DNA from: Vicugna vicugna
Taxonomy: Eukaryota
NCBI GenBank assembly: GCA_013265495.1
Contig: MU058337.1
Location: 6,430,716-6,494,715, forward strand
Reading direction: 5' to 3'
Length of the DNA stretch: 64,000 nt
Shown: piece by piece, positions 36,201-47,400 of the stretch
How the letters are laid out: each line of letters begins with the position of its first letter
Position numbering within the stretch: position 1 is the first letter of the stretch
Program-made: the position numbers and the translations under genes
Notes under the pieces: generated by a model
Database searches by the model: none
What the model was told of the DNA's origin: nothing
Seen by the model: the letters and a program-made list of their open reading frames with translations, nothing else

Positions 36201-38849
36201 GTGCACAAGCAAAAAGGGATTAACAACACATAAATGCAGAGATTTAATCAAAGATTTTAAAAGAATAATTAGTCTGACAGATTAACAGCAGTTAATTTTG
36301 CAACAGAACAGAAAAAATTTTGATCTTGGTCTTTAAAGAATTACGTTTTTGTATACTCTCATGTCCACCTAAAAAACTGCTGAGTGATTTCAGTAAAAGC
36401 AAAAAGTTACAATTAATGACTTGAGGAAAATAAAATTTTCTAAAAATTATTTTATTTTTTCCTCTTTTGCTTCACTTAGCTTAATTTTAGGAATTGGTTG
36501 ACTATTCAAAATAAAAAGTATTATGCTTAAAATCAAGGAGACCAAATAACCAGTAATCAACATTCAAAAATAAATATTTGTAGAGAAGAATTTTTCATTT
36601 GAATTTTTTGGTGTAAACTTATTTTTCAGTGTCAAACTTTTTTTTTCAATTATAATAACATATTTCTTATGGGATAGTCTATCAAAGCTATTATAATCGA
36701 CATTTAACTATCTTTTCATTCAAAGCAAAAAAAAAGCCCCAAATATATAGCAAATAATTTGTAATAATTTTTAAACAATTTCTGGATACTGTATATATCT
36801 GAAATCTAATGACAATAAAATTTGAAGCATCTGGATGTGGCTTAAAGTACTGATTTTCCAATGCATTGTAATACAAAATATGTAGGTGTTAATTTTGAAT
36901 ATCCTTACTTGTGAATTAAAAGAACAATTATTTCACATCCTTGCCAGCACTGGAGAGAAAAAAGCACGAGAAATTACGATAGAATCAATTGATGTAGAAG
37001 GGATATACAGCTTTTAGAAGACAGCAGAGAATTCGGGAACATTCTAAGTATTTTTAAGTATTGAGAGGATTCTTGGGAACAAACAAGTATTTTGACTCCT
37101 TTGAGTGCTGCTGTTTGTTGGTGGATTGGGCAGGGGGGGGTAGATAGCAAATGAAAAGACGTAGAGAATATTCACAAACAAGCACATTAATGGGAGAACA
37201 GAGAAGTGTAAACTTCTACGCAAAGGCAGAGGCAACTCTAAATGCACTCCGCACTGAACAGTCGTACATACAAGAGTGTGCTCTCAAAAGGTCAAAGGAC
37301 CAATACGCAGAGGTTGCTGTGTACAAGGCGTGGCGACTTCGGGTGACCCAGTCTGGGAAAGCATCAATCACGACATGTTTTGAAAAGTGGAAATTGAGGC
37401 AGTAACCCTGAATGATGACCAACAAAGTAATAATATTTGGCTGCCACTGTTCAATCGCCTTCCCAAATACAATGCCGTGCTTATTTCTCCGGGTTCCTGC
37501 AACCTTTCATGTTTCAGACACACATATTTCAATCCAAGTGTTTCAGTTGCCATAACAACTTCATAAATTTGTTCTCAGATGTCCCTCTTAATCACATCAT
37601 TTGTAAAAAGCTGGATGGGTCAGGACAGTGCCTCAATTTATTTCGTTCACACCTCGCTCACGAGGAGTCTCGGTATTTGTTCCTTTTCGCTAAGAAGCTC
37701 AAACACCTGAAAATAATGTCACTATTCCTCTGTCTCCACAAGAAAAGGAGATTTTTTTTTTAAAAAATCTGTTTGCATGTGGCCTTATTATCAAGTTTTT
37801 AAAACTCAGGCGACATAATGCCCAGGCATCGTCCTCTGGTTCCTGGCAGTACGGGGCCTGCGGTCGCAGCCCAGTCGTGTACAGCAGGGCCCTACACACA
37901 GAGCGGCCGCTTTATTTCCAGATATCAATTATTTATACCACCAAACAGGTTCTTGATAAAATCCTAGCGATTTTAATTGGCTTCTGGTGACTATTACTAC
38001 TTAGTACCTTTAAAATATTATCTACCTTATGATGGGAAAATAAAACTACGCTAATATGTAACAGTTCCAATGGCATGCATTAATTTTTAAAATACTCTGA
38101 GATATTCGCAGATTTTGTTCCAATAAAGAATAAGGTATAGTATCCCTGGCACCATTAAATAAATGACTTTTGCCAACATCAACATCCAAACAACGGAAAA
38201 CAAGACTCCACCAACCAGCAGAGAAGGGTTTTCAAAAAATTTGGGCTGGGCTTTTTGCATATGTAGTGAAACCGAAGGCAATTCCCCGAAGGTACTGAAA
38301 TGCACAGATAAGAACACAAAGGGCCCTGAAGTGGTTTGGAGGGTCACAATTTGCTGTTAAATACAGCGGATGGAAACATGTGAAAGTCCACTTAAGTGAA
38401 CTTCAGAATGCTCGAGTGTAAAATAAAATCGAGAGTAAGAGACAAGGTAGGGCAATTTGACAATTCTAGAGTTTTATTTTTAATTGAATTCTATTTGTTA
38501 GAATAGAAAATTTAAGCTTAGAGGAGTGAGCTGGGGTCGGGGGGACACTGTTATAACCCTATCTGTCAAAAACTAAAATGCAGGGTGAATGGTATGCTAC
38601 TAAGTACCAGCAAAAAGTAAATATCAGTTATATTTAGGAAAGGACATAAGAACAGATGTTATATAAAAAGTTAGACCTTTTACTTCAAAAAATACTACAC
38701 ATGACTAGTTCTTTGCCACTGAAGGGAAAAAAACTTTAATTATGTAAAGAGTGGAGAGAAGGTAGGATTTTTTTACCTTTGAATACTAAATTAGGAGACA
38801 TCAGCATCAAAGGCAGGCTTGATCTGTTCTGCCTGAAAAATTAATAGGC

Positions 38850-39420
38850 TTGACAAGTCCTTTGCAATGTCTTCTGGAGCCGCAGAAGAAGAGGCTCTAG
38901 TGACACCAACAGTCCCGAGAGCTAAGTGCAGCTGGAAGGGGGGCTGGGGTTGGGAGAGGGCTTTTTTGTTTGTTTGGGGGTTTTTTTTGTTTGTTTGTTT
39001 GTTTTTCTTTCATCACAACCGATAAAGCCTTCAGCCTTAACCCTGCAGAGGGTCTGCACAGAGCTCTCACCACCTTCCTCCTGCTTCCTCTCCCTCCACC
39101 TCCTCCTCTGCACCGCCACCACCCACTGCCTGTGGGGAGCGGGGGAGGCCTGCAGCGACAACAGGGCCTGGCTGGAAGGCCGGGCCACCCCAACCCCGCA
39201 GTTTCAAAGGGCAGGGAGTTGAAAGGAGGGGAGGACCGTGAGAGGGGCAGGGATGCCGAGGAAAGACATCAATTCAGCATTCCTCAGTGGCTTCAGATCT
39301 TCACACTTGTTTTCTTTCCCCCTCTTCCCTCCTGGAAGGGTGAGGCGGGAACCAGTACTTCAAAGGGGAAACTTTCTCGGTGCGTGCGTGGAAGAACACG
39401 TTAGCTAGCTCTGGCTCTTC
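38850..39420. promoter_or_regulatory. GC-rich putative promoter/enhancer
   Basis: Local GC peak with several CpGs, GC/GT-box-like runs, TCF/LEF motifs and a (GTTT)n tract inside a repeat-poor region. Function is inferred. Confidence 0.4.
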
Positions 39421-41368
39421 CCATCAGCGTGATTAACAGTAGAGGTTGTTATTATCGACAAAAATAAAATTATCTCTCTTAAAGAAAACCACCTTTCATC
39501 TTTTGAGTCCCTTGCTGATGAAGCTGTTGGTGTTGGAGAGGGTGGGGAGGGTGACTGCACAATAGCCTGGCCCTCGCTCAGCCCCCTTCAGAAAACTGCA
39601 AGGAACACCTCTGCACAGCAGGGCATGCAGGCAGCCTTCTGCTCACACATCAAACTCTCATCCTCATCTTGTGTCCACCACCTCTCTGCACCCCATTCCT
39701 GCTGTAGGGAATAGGGAGGGCCGAGGGGGCCAGAGATTCAACGGAAAGGGGAGGGACGGAAAAAGATTGCCAATTCAATAGTAGGAAACCAACCACTGTA
39801 CAGGGCAGGATAAGGCGGGCGCACAGACTTGGGCCCTGGGTCTGGGACTGAGGAAACATGGAGGTTCAAGGCAAGTGCCTCCTAATGAAACAAACTTGGC
39901 TTAGTTACTGGAAGAGGCTGATTAAAAAAAAAAAAAAACAACACTAGCTGAAGACGACTGTTTAAAGATGAAGGAAAGCAGAGCTGCTTAAAACACTCAA
40001 TAACAAACCCTAATTGCTCAAAACACAGCAGCTGAGTTTCAAAAGCGCTTAAGAGGCCTTTCAGATGTAACTTGCAGCACAAAGCCCATGCAATATTATG
40101 TAAAAAAAATTTTTTTTCAGGATCAAGGATCAAATTAGAACTTTACCTTTTTTTAAGGGTTCAATTTTTTTTCTATCCCCACCCCCGCCTTGGCAATTAA
40201 GTCAAAATTTAGATAATGTTACTACGATTTAACTACAAGCCATTATTTTACTGCTTTTTTTAAAAGCTAACATAAGAGACCCATGTGACAATCCTAAAAA
40301 GCTCAAAATCTGAATTTAAAGAATAAAACATTAGTGAATAATTATATAGAAAATCAAGAAGGATTTCTGAAAGAGCTATCAAAAGACAATATTTGTATAG
40401 AATTTGAGCATTAGCAGCTAGCCTGACACAGCAAAACCATTGTATTTTCCACTAGTTTTGTTTTGCTATATACAGCTGTGTTTTCACAGATGCAAAGCCA
40501 TGTGTCTCCACCAAAAGGTCTAGCCTTCCCTTCAGATGTGAATGCAGATCAAAGGTTCAGACGCAGAAATACAAGATCCTTTTCCCTTCGGAACATGTTT
40601 TTATTTTTCTGCAGTGGCTGCAAACCAGAATTTCCATCTGTTGTCCTTCTGCAGTGTACAGGTTAACCTTAGCAGTGGGGCTCAGAGCACTGTTATCTCA
40701 ACTAAGAAGTGCAGAGATGAAGCACGTTTGTGTGGACGCTCCGAATGCTCCCCAAGATGTCCACGCAGCAGAGAAAGCACTGAACCAGACAGTAGCAGAA
40801 TCCATTTTAGTTGACAGATAGAAATTAATTTTCCTAATTCTTTAAATAACAGAACAGATTATAAAATTTTGAGATGGGGTTTTGCTTTCATACAACATGC
40901 ACCTTGATAAAGATAATATCAACTGTGATTTCCTGCCCATCCCTTCTCCCTACTAGCCATATTTGGCTTTTGAATCTCAGCTTACGGAAAATTCAACAAT
41001 AGAAAATAATTTGATAAAATAACTTGCAAATAAAGTGATTTTTAAATTTCATTACGTTACTCACAATTTTTAATAGAGATATCTTAAAACATCTTTCACT
41101 CTATTATCTTTTTTTAATAACTCCTTTTCCCTCAATTTCCATTCCTTTTATTGAACACACCCTGAGAATAACAGGAGAGAAACAATTTTCACTCTGTTAC
41201 CTACTCTAAAAATGGATTTACTGCCACGTAAACATGTGCTTAGGAGAATAGTAAAAAATACAGCACTGCAGCTGAAAAGGTGGGAGGCTTTGAAGGTATT
41301 TTTGGCAGGTTTTTAGGAAGACCAACAGACTTATTTACCTATCGGTAGAAGATCAAGAAAGGTTAGAG

Positions 41369-41445
41369 AGATGGATGGAGGGATGGATGGAGGGGTGGAT
41401 GGATGGGTGGAGGGATGGATAGATGGACAGATGGATGGAGATGGC
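41369..41445 (+). repeat. (GGAT)n-like simple repeat
   Basis: atggatggagggatggatggaggggtggatggatgggtggagggatggatagatggacagatggatgg. Confidence 0.9.
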
Positions 41446-42404
41446 AGATAAAAAGCTTGGCTAGTCCCTAGAGAGATTTTTACAAAAGCCCAAAATGGAA
41501 AATGGCATGGACCACTCCTAACGCTAATGTGTGAGTGCCATCTAGTGGTCTGCCTAGAACTGCACCCTAGTCTACCGACACCTAGAAACACACCATTCCA
41601 ATGTCTGAGTTTCCTTACTACCATTTCCCCACTTAACTTTGGTTCATTCCGGTACTCCCAACCCTCCTGCTGAATAATGGTAGCTTTTATGCCCTAATAT
41701 AAACCAAAAAACTAAAAAGCTTCAGAAAACAAAACAGTAAGAAGGATGATCCAAAAGGCTGGGGTGGGTCTGCCAAAAGCAAAGTGTGTTGTCACAGGTG
41801 TCCCCCCTCAAAAGACACTTCCAAGTCACATGGGAAAGCGTAAAGGGGCTGTTTCTACATAAGGAATTGTTGTGACCATCCCTGAAGGACTAGACTGAAT
41901 AAATGGGCAGCCTTGTTGCCTACACACACGTACTCTCCCGTGTCAGTATATTTCTCTTTCTGGGGGAAACAGATCTATGACTGGGCATCAATATTCCCCC
42001 ATTAGACACTGAGAGGTAGAGAAAGAGAGGTAGTCTGTTACGGCTAAAAAGAACCATTCCAACTCGCACTTTCCAGCCCAAGGGACATAGACAGATGAAG
42101 ATGCCTCCCCCACACTCCCCAGGTGACCCAGGGAGACAAGAAATCATTTCAATATCCCCTCCTGCTCCAAGAAGGGGTCACTGAGAAGAGGGTGGACAGC
42201 TCACATAAGAATGAGGGGGACACCCACACTCCTCAAAGACAGCTGGAGTGAGGCCCCAGCCAGGGCACATGGGGACTCCCAGAGCTTAGTCACCAGGGCC
42301 CTGTGCGGTGGTAAAGTGAGACTGATTTTCCTTGGATGCCCCGCCTCAGTCTTCTTCCCTCCCCTTTCACTTTGATAATGAAAGTAAAGGTTACATCACA
42401 CTCA

Positions 42405-42840
42405 CTACACTTATGCTCCTGCTCACAGCTCAAACGTGCTAGTAATCTTATCTCATCAAATCCTCACAAAAACTCTCTGAAACTCTCCCCATGTCACAGA
42501 TGAGGAAACTAGAGAGAAGTGTTGCCAGCTCACCGTCAACACTGGAAGCGCTGGGATTAACCACGGGGGGCGGGGGAGGAGGGCTGGCTCCAGGCTGAAC
42601 TGCCTTCACAGAGGCATCTTAAGCCTCTGTACAAAAATGTGGACACTTACAGCTTTAACGCTTTCAGCAGTTAAGCTCTCAGATATGCAGAGTGAGGGCT
42701 GCTGTTCATGACCTTAGGCAAACCACGTGATATCGGAGCATAAGTTTATCCATCTATAAAATGGGGATAGGCTATCTGCCTGCCCACCTCAGAGTTGCTG
42801 AAAATACTATGAGATCGCCTGTGTGGATGTGCTCTGTAAA
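42405..42840. mobile_element. Two MIR fragments in opposite orientation (minus about 42405-42560, plus about 42700-42840)
   Basis: ccccatgtcacagatgaggaaact and catgaccttaggcaaacc...catctataaaatggggata. Confidence 0.7.
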
Positions 42841-43341
42841 GGGTCAAGGCCAGTGGAACAGAAGCAGTACCACTTTCACCACGTGAGGCCACCCTTGCTG
42901 TTTGTCCAGGGAGCGCCGTGCCACAAACTGATACCGGCACCAAGAGCAAGGCCAGCAGTTACCATGCTTCAAATACTTATTTTGAGTTTAAGTTCCATGC
43001 AGGACAGACCCCCTCTCCCCCATGTGTTGCTTACTGGGATGAGAGAGGACACCACTCCAGGCATGCCAAGGCCCAGGGGGCAAACCTGGAATTAGGACAC
43101 TTGTCTTATGAATGACAATGGGAAATAACAGTGCTAATATTAGTCCTACTGGGGCAAACACAGCAGTTACTCTCTCAAGCATGCCTCCTCACAGGAGGCC
43201 CAGGAGGAGTGGAGATGCCCAGAGCCAACTCTCCTGTCCCAGTCACTAGAGGCTGCTGTTCTGGCTTCATTCTGTGAGTCACACATCAACCTGACAATAA
43301 CAAAATGCCACACTGCAGCACCTGCCATGCTCCCAGGGGTT

Positions 43342-43526
43342 CTTTTCCTTCCCAGCTTGACTGAGATACAACTGACAAAACATTGTGTATGCTTAAGGTG
43401 TACAATGCAATGCTTTGATATAAATATATATTGTGGAATGATAACCACAATACGGTTAGTTAACACATCCATGAACTCACATATTTACTATTTTCAGGTG
43501 TGTGGGAGAACATTTAAGATCTACTT
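43342..43526 (-). mobile_element. LINE-1 3' tip (L1MA8/9-like)
   Basis: ttaaggtgtacaatg...ttgtggaatgataaccacaat...ttaacacatccat...gagaacatttaagatctact. Confidence 0.85.
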
Positions 43527-43589
43527 AGGTCTGGCAGGGAAGGGAGGGTTCTCCAGACAGACTGGCTATTTCACAGAGAGAATGGGAAT

Positions 43590-44230
43590 TAGAGAGGATC
43601 TGGGCCAGAATCCTGGTTCTGCCAAGCATCAGTGTGCGATCCTAGTAAGACACTAAACTCTCTGGGTCTTGTGCTCATCCAGTATGAAACAGGGATCACA
43701 ACATCCTATAGGGCTGGCATCAGACTTAGATGATAGATTCATCAAGCTCAGAGCCAACCTAGGAGTGGGGCTCAATGCATATTCATTCTTGACAGGAAGG
43801 AGGAGGGAGAGGACCGCCAAAGGATGAGGACAGTGTGCATCCCCAGGGGAGCTATACTATAAGGACTCAAAGCACTGTTTACCTCCCCCCTGCCCATGCT
43901 GAGGAGAACCGCTGAGCACAGCTGAATGCTTAAGGATACAGGTTCTGAAGCTGGGCAGACCCAGGCACACGCATCGGGTTCTCTCAGGAAGCTTGGCCAA
44001 GTTTCTTAACCTCACTACCCTGCTTCCCAGCTGTAAAATGGGGCTGATAGCAGGGCCAAGCGTACAGGACTGTTCTGAGGCATAGAAGTAAGCAAAGCAA
44101 AAAAAGGAGAAGAAGGAGAAGAGGAAAAAGAGGAAGAAGAGGAGGAGAAGGAGGAGGAGGAGGCAAAGCAGTGAGTACAGGTCTGGAACACATGTGGCAG
44201 TGTGAGGTTTTAGATATTAACCAATGGGTT
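43590..44230 (+). mobile_element. MIR fragments, the second containing an (AGG/AAG)n purine tract
   Basis: gcttggccaagtttcttaacctc...ctgtaaaatggggctgatag; purine run at about 44098-44163. Confidence 0.7.
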
Positions 44231-44749
44231 TCACCCTCTGGGATTAATATCAGCACTGTTATTTCTCATTATTAATAAGATCAGCTTCCTGCATTCCAGT
44301 TTTGCCTATTGGGCATTGGCAGTGAGGAACCTAGATATTTTACTTTTGTTAAAATACTAATTAATTTAAAACCTGTGACTTGTTTCTGTGCAGCTCAACA
44401 CTGGCTTTGAGGCTAGAGGCTCTGTGCTCTGCCCACTGGTACCCACTGCCCTGGGACTGCTTTGGAGACCTTGGCAGTGAGCAAGACTGGGGTGACATGG
44501 AAGCAGCATACTGTAAGTATGCTTACAGAAAGAGAAGACTCTGGATAAGAAACTTTGGGTTGGACAGGCCCACCCTGCTACATGCAAGGTTTGGGGTGAG
44601 GGTACAGCCCTGGCTCAGTCCTGCACATGTGTGGATATGGCAGCCTGCATGTCCAGGCTCTATGCCTCACTCCCCAGCCCCACCCCACCCTTCGGCTACA
44701 CCTGGCGTCTGGGGTGCAAACGCTGCCATTGGCACTATCTTCCCACCAG

Positions 44750-45133
44750 GATGGACCCAGGAAAGGCTTGTGGTTGTGAACTAACGATGACATTTCCCAG
44801 GCTCTCCTGTGTCTGGGTATATTCACAGGACAGTGTTTTGGCTGAGATGTAGTCAGAGTGAGCAGAAGCATGGAGTGCCATAAAAGGAAGGAGTGTATCC
44901 TCTCATTTCCCATGTGATGGACCAGGTCTCAGCTACCTTCTTAGGTAAGATGTATGCTGTGCGCTGAGGATGCAAGAGCCACAGGATAAAGGAAGCTGGG
45001 TCCTCACTGCGCCACAGTATGAGCTGTCCACCACCTACCCATAGTTTAAGTGAGAAAGGAATTATCTTTGATAAAGGCACTGTATTTTGAGGCCTTTCTG
45101 ATCACAATGCCCAAACTTGTATCCCAACTTACA
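44750..45133 (+). mobile_element. Old MaLR LTR (MLT1J/K-like)
   Basis: gctgaggatgcaagagccacaggataaaggaagctgggtcc...aagtgagaaaggaattatctttgataaaggcactgtattttgagg. Confidence 0.65.
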
Positions 45134-45659
45134 TATTAGTTACTAGATGCATTTGAACAAAACGGGCATCAAGCATATCATCCCCTCAATCTAACCGTGA
45201 GAAGGAGTAAGAACAAGTAAACCAAAGCTATGCTGTCGAGCCATTCAGACACTGGACCATTATGGGATTCCAAAGTAAAAGGGAAGGTTAACAAAAACTA
45301 GCAAGGAGAAAAGGAAAGAAAAGGGAAAAAACTGGAGAACAAATGGAAAGCCAAGAAAAGGAGAAAATAACCCTAGCACTTCATATGTGGTATTTTTAAG
45401 AATTTTCAAGTTGATGTAGGTGATTGAGGAGATACTTTAAAATGAAACATCATTATTTCATTTGATCACTACAATTTTGGCAAATGAACACCATTACCTC
45501 CAGGTGAGTAAACTGAGGCATGGACACTTCCCCAGGAGTTACCAGTAACTTTAAGCCTAGATTCCAAACCTCCTAGGTGCTCCCTTGCATAGAGGATTTT
45601 CTTTTTTCAACCATTTTTGTCCCTAGATTATCAGCCTCATGGCAGAGTCTCCTCAGTGT

Positions 45660-45950
45660 TCTGCTTAATCCTGCTCTTTAAAAACCAGTATGTCCATCAC
45701 GATATTCGCATTCTGAAACACCCACTGGTGCTCCTAGTTGCCCACAAATCAACACCTAAAATCCTCAGCCTAGAGGTCCAGGCTCTCCAAACTTGACCCA
45801 AACATGACTTTGTGGTCTCATTTCTCCCCACCATGAAACACCTCTGCCTTCAATTGGCTTATCTGTCTTTCCCCAGCACACTGCACACCCTCCTGCTTTC
45901 ATGACTGTGCTCACGTAACTCTGCCTCCCCAGTGTCATCCGTCTACCACG
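45660..45950 (+). mobile_element. L2 fragment
   Basis: ctaaaatcctcagcctag...ccaggctctcca...catgactgtgctcacg. Confidence 0.55.
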
Positions 45951-46189
45951 TGCGTTCAGAACCTACTTATCATGAAAATGTTATTTTATCGATTCCTGCT
46001 CCTTATTTTTTAGGCTGTGTCTCCCTGAGAAAGGCTTGCTCAGAATCCGTACCAAGTCACCCCAGACAGGCCAGTCTAGGTGCTAAAATGCTAAGAAAGG
46101 AGGTCAGTCCCGTGTGAACACCTGTGGGTTACTGACTGCCCAAGACCCAATCCACCTCTTGAGAATTTGCCTCATCCTGCCGGTAGCTT

Positions 46190-46537
46190 ACAGTCTGCTG
46201 GAATTATCACCAAGGTGCCCAGCTCTCCCAGAGCCAAATGGTGGACACAGACCAATCAGACACTCCCTTCCAGGAGTTTGTGTCTTGTGCACAGTTAATG
46301 GAACGTGCTGGTAGCACACCCATTCTGGGGGCTGAGCTGGGACAAGATGGAGCAGGGGTGCTGATGCCAAGATGCTGATAGCTGCCTTCCCATAGATTCT
46401 GTGAGTGTGCCCATATCCTCCCAGTAAATCCCACTTTTGCCTGTAAGAGCCAGATTCAGTATCTATTGCTTAAGAATTTTTGTCGACTAAAAGAGCCAGA
46501 TTCAATCTGTTGCTGAAACAAGAATCTTAACCGATAG
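46190..46537 (+). mobile_element. ERVL-class LTR (LTR33/LTR16-like)
   Basis: gaccaatcagacactcccttccagga...atatcctcccagtaaatcccacttttgc...agccagattc...tctgttgct...aagaatcttaaccgata. Confidence 0.6.
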
Positions 46538-46559
46538 AAAGTTACAAACCAGAATTCCA

Positions 46560-47400
46560 TTTCATTCAAAAAAAAAATTACTCAATTCTTGTCATGTGTT
46601 CAGCTCCAAGACAGGGGCCTGTTTGAAAGCACGTACAGGACTATCTCTACCCTCCAGGAATTTGAATTTGATGTGGGGGACAGGGTATAGTGCCAAGAAC
46701 AAAAATCACACATGAACAAAGCCATCGGGATGCAGAGGAAGACTGGCTATTAGCCAGGGTGAGTGTGGGTGGCTGGAAAGACTTCATAAGAGCAGGGTGA
46801 TATTTCATCAGCAGAATTTCACCAGGTGGAAAATGGGGAGGAAGGCCCTACAAGTAAAAGCAGCATGAGCAATGGCAAGGAGACAGAAAAGAGCGGGAGT
46901 GTCTTATTACAGTAGGAATTTTAATGTGACTAGAGGATCATGTAGAAGGAGTGGGGAGGAGATAATACTGGAAAGGCGATTTTGAGTCACGGTGTAAAGG
47001 GCATGGTATGGCCACGTAAGATCTTCATTCTGCAATCTTGGGAGCTACTGAAACTTTTAGAGAGTAATGAGCTCTGTATTCAGAACGCTCCTTCTGGAAG
47101 ACAGACTGGAGGGAGGAGGGACCAGCAAGAGAAGACAGCAGTGGGCCAGGACAGCAGCACGGAGGGGATGGCAGGAGCCACAACAGAGATATGAAGAATC
47201 GAAGGGGTTGGATGGAGTCAAGGATAACGCCAAAGATTTCAGCCATGAAACATGGAAATGTGGCTTCAGAGCTGTAGCCTTGAGTGGTACAATGATCAGG
47301 ATAATGCACCTAACACAGTGACCTCTCCGCTTACTCCTCAGAAGAAGAGGACACTTACCTGTGGCCAAATCAAGGTTCAACCTCACCCCAGGAAAAGAAT
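46560..47400 (-). mobile_element. L2 fragment
   Basis: ttcattcaa...ccctccaggaattt...cagcatgagcaatggcaaggag...gggagctactgaaacttttagag...ggagtcaaggataacgccaaagatttcagcc. Confidence 0.8.

Noticed and set aside
38897..39404. Overlapping ORFs on both strands
   Set aside because: Low-complexity, stop-poor GC-rich and (GTTT)n sequence; peptides are not protein-like.
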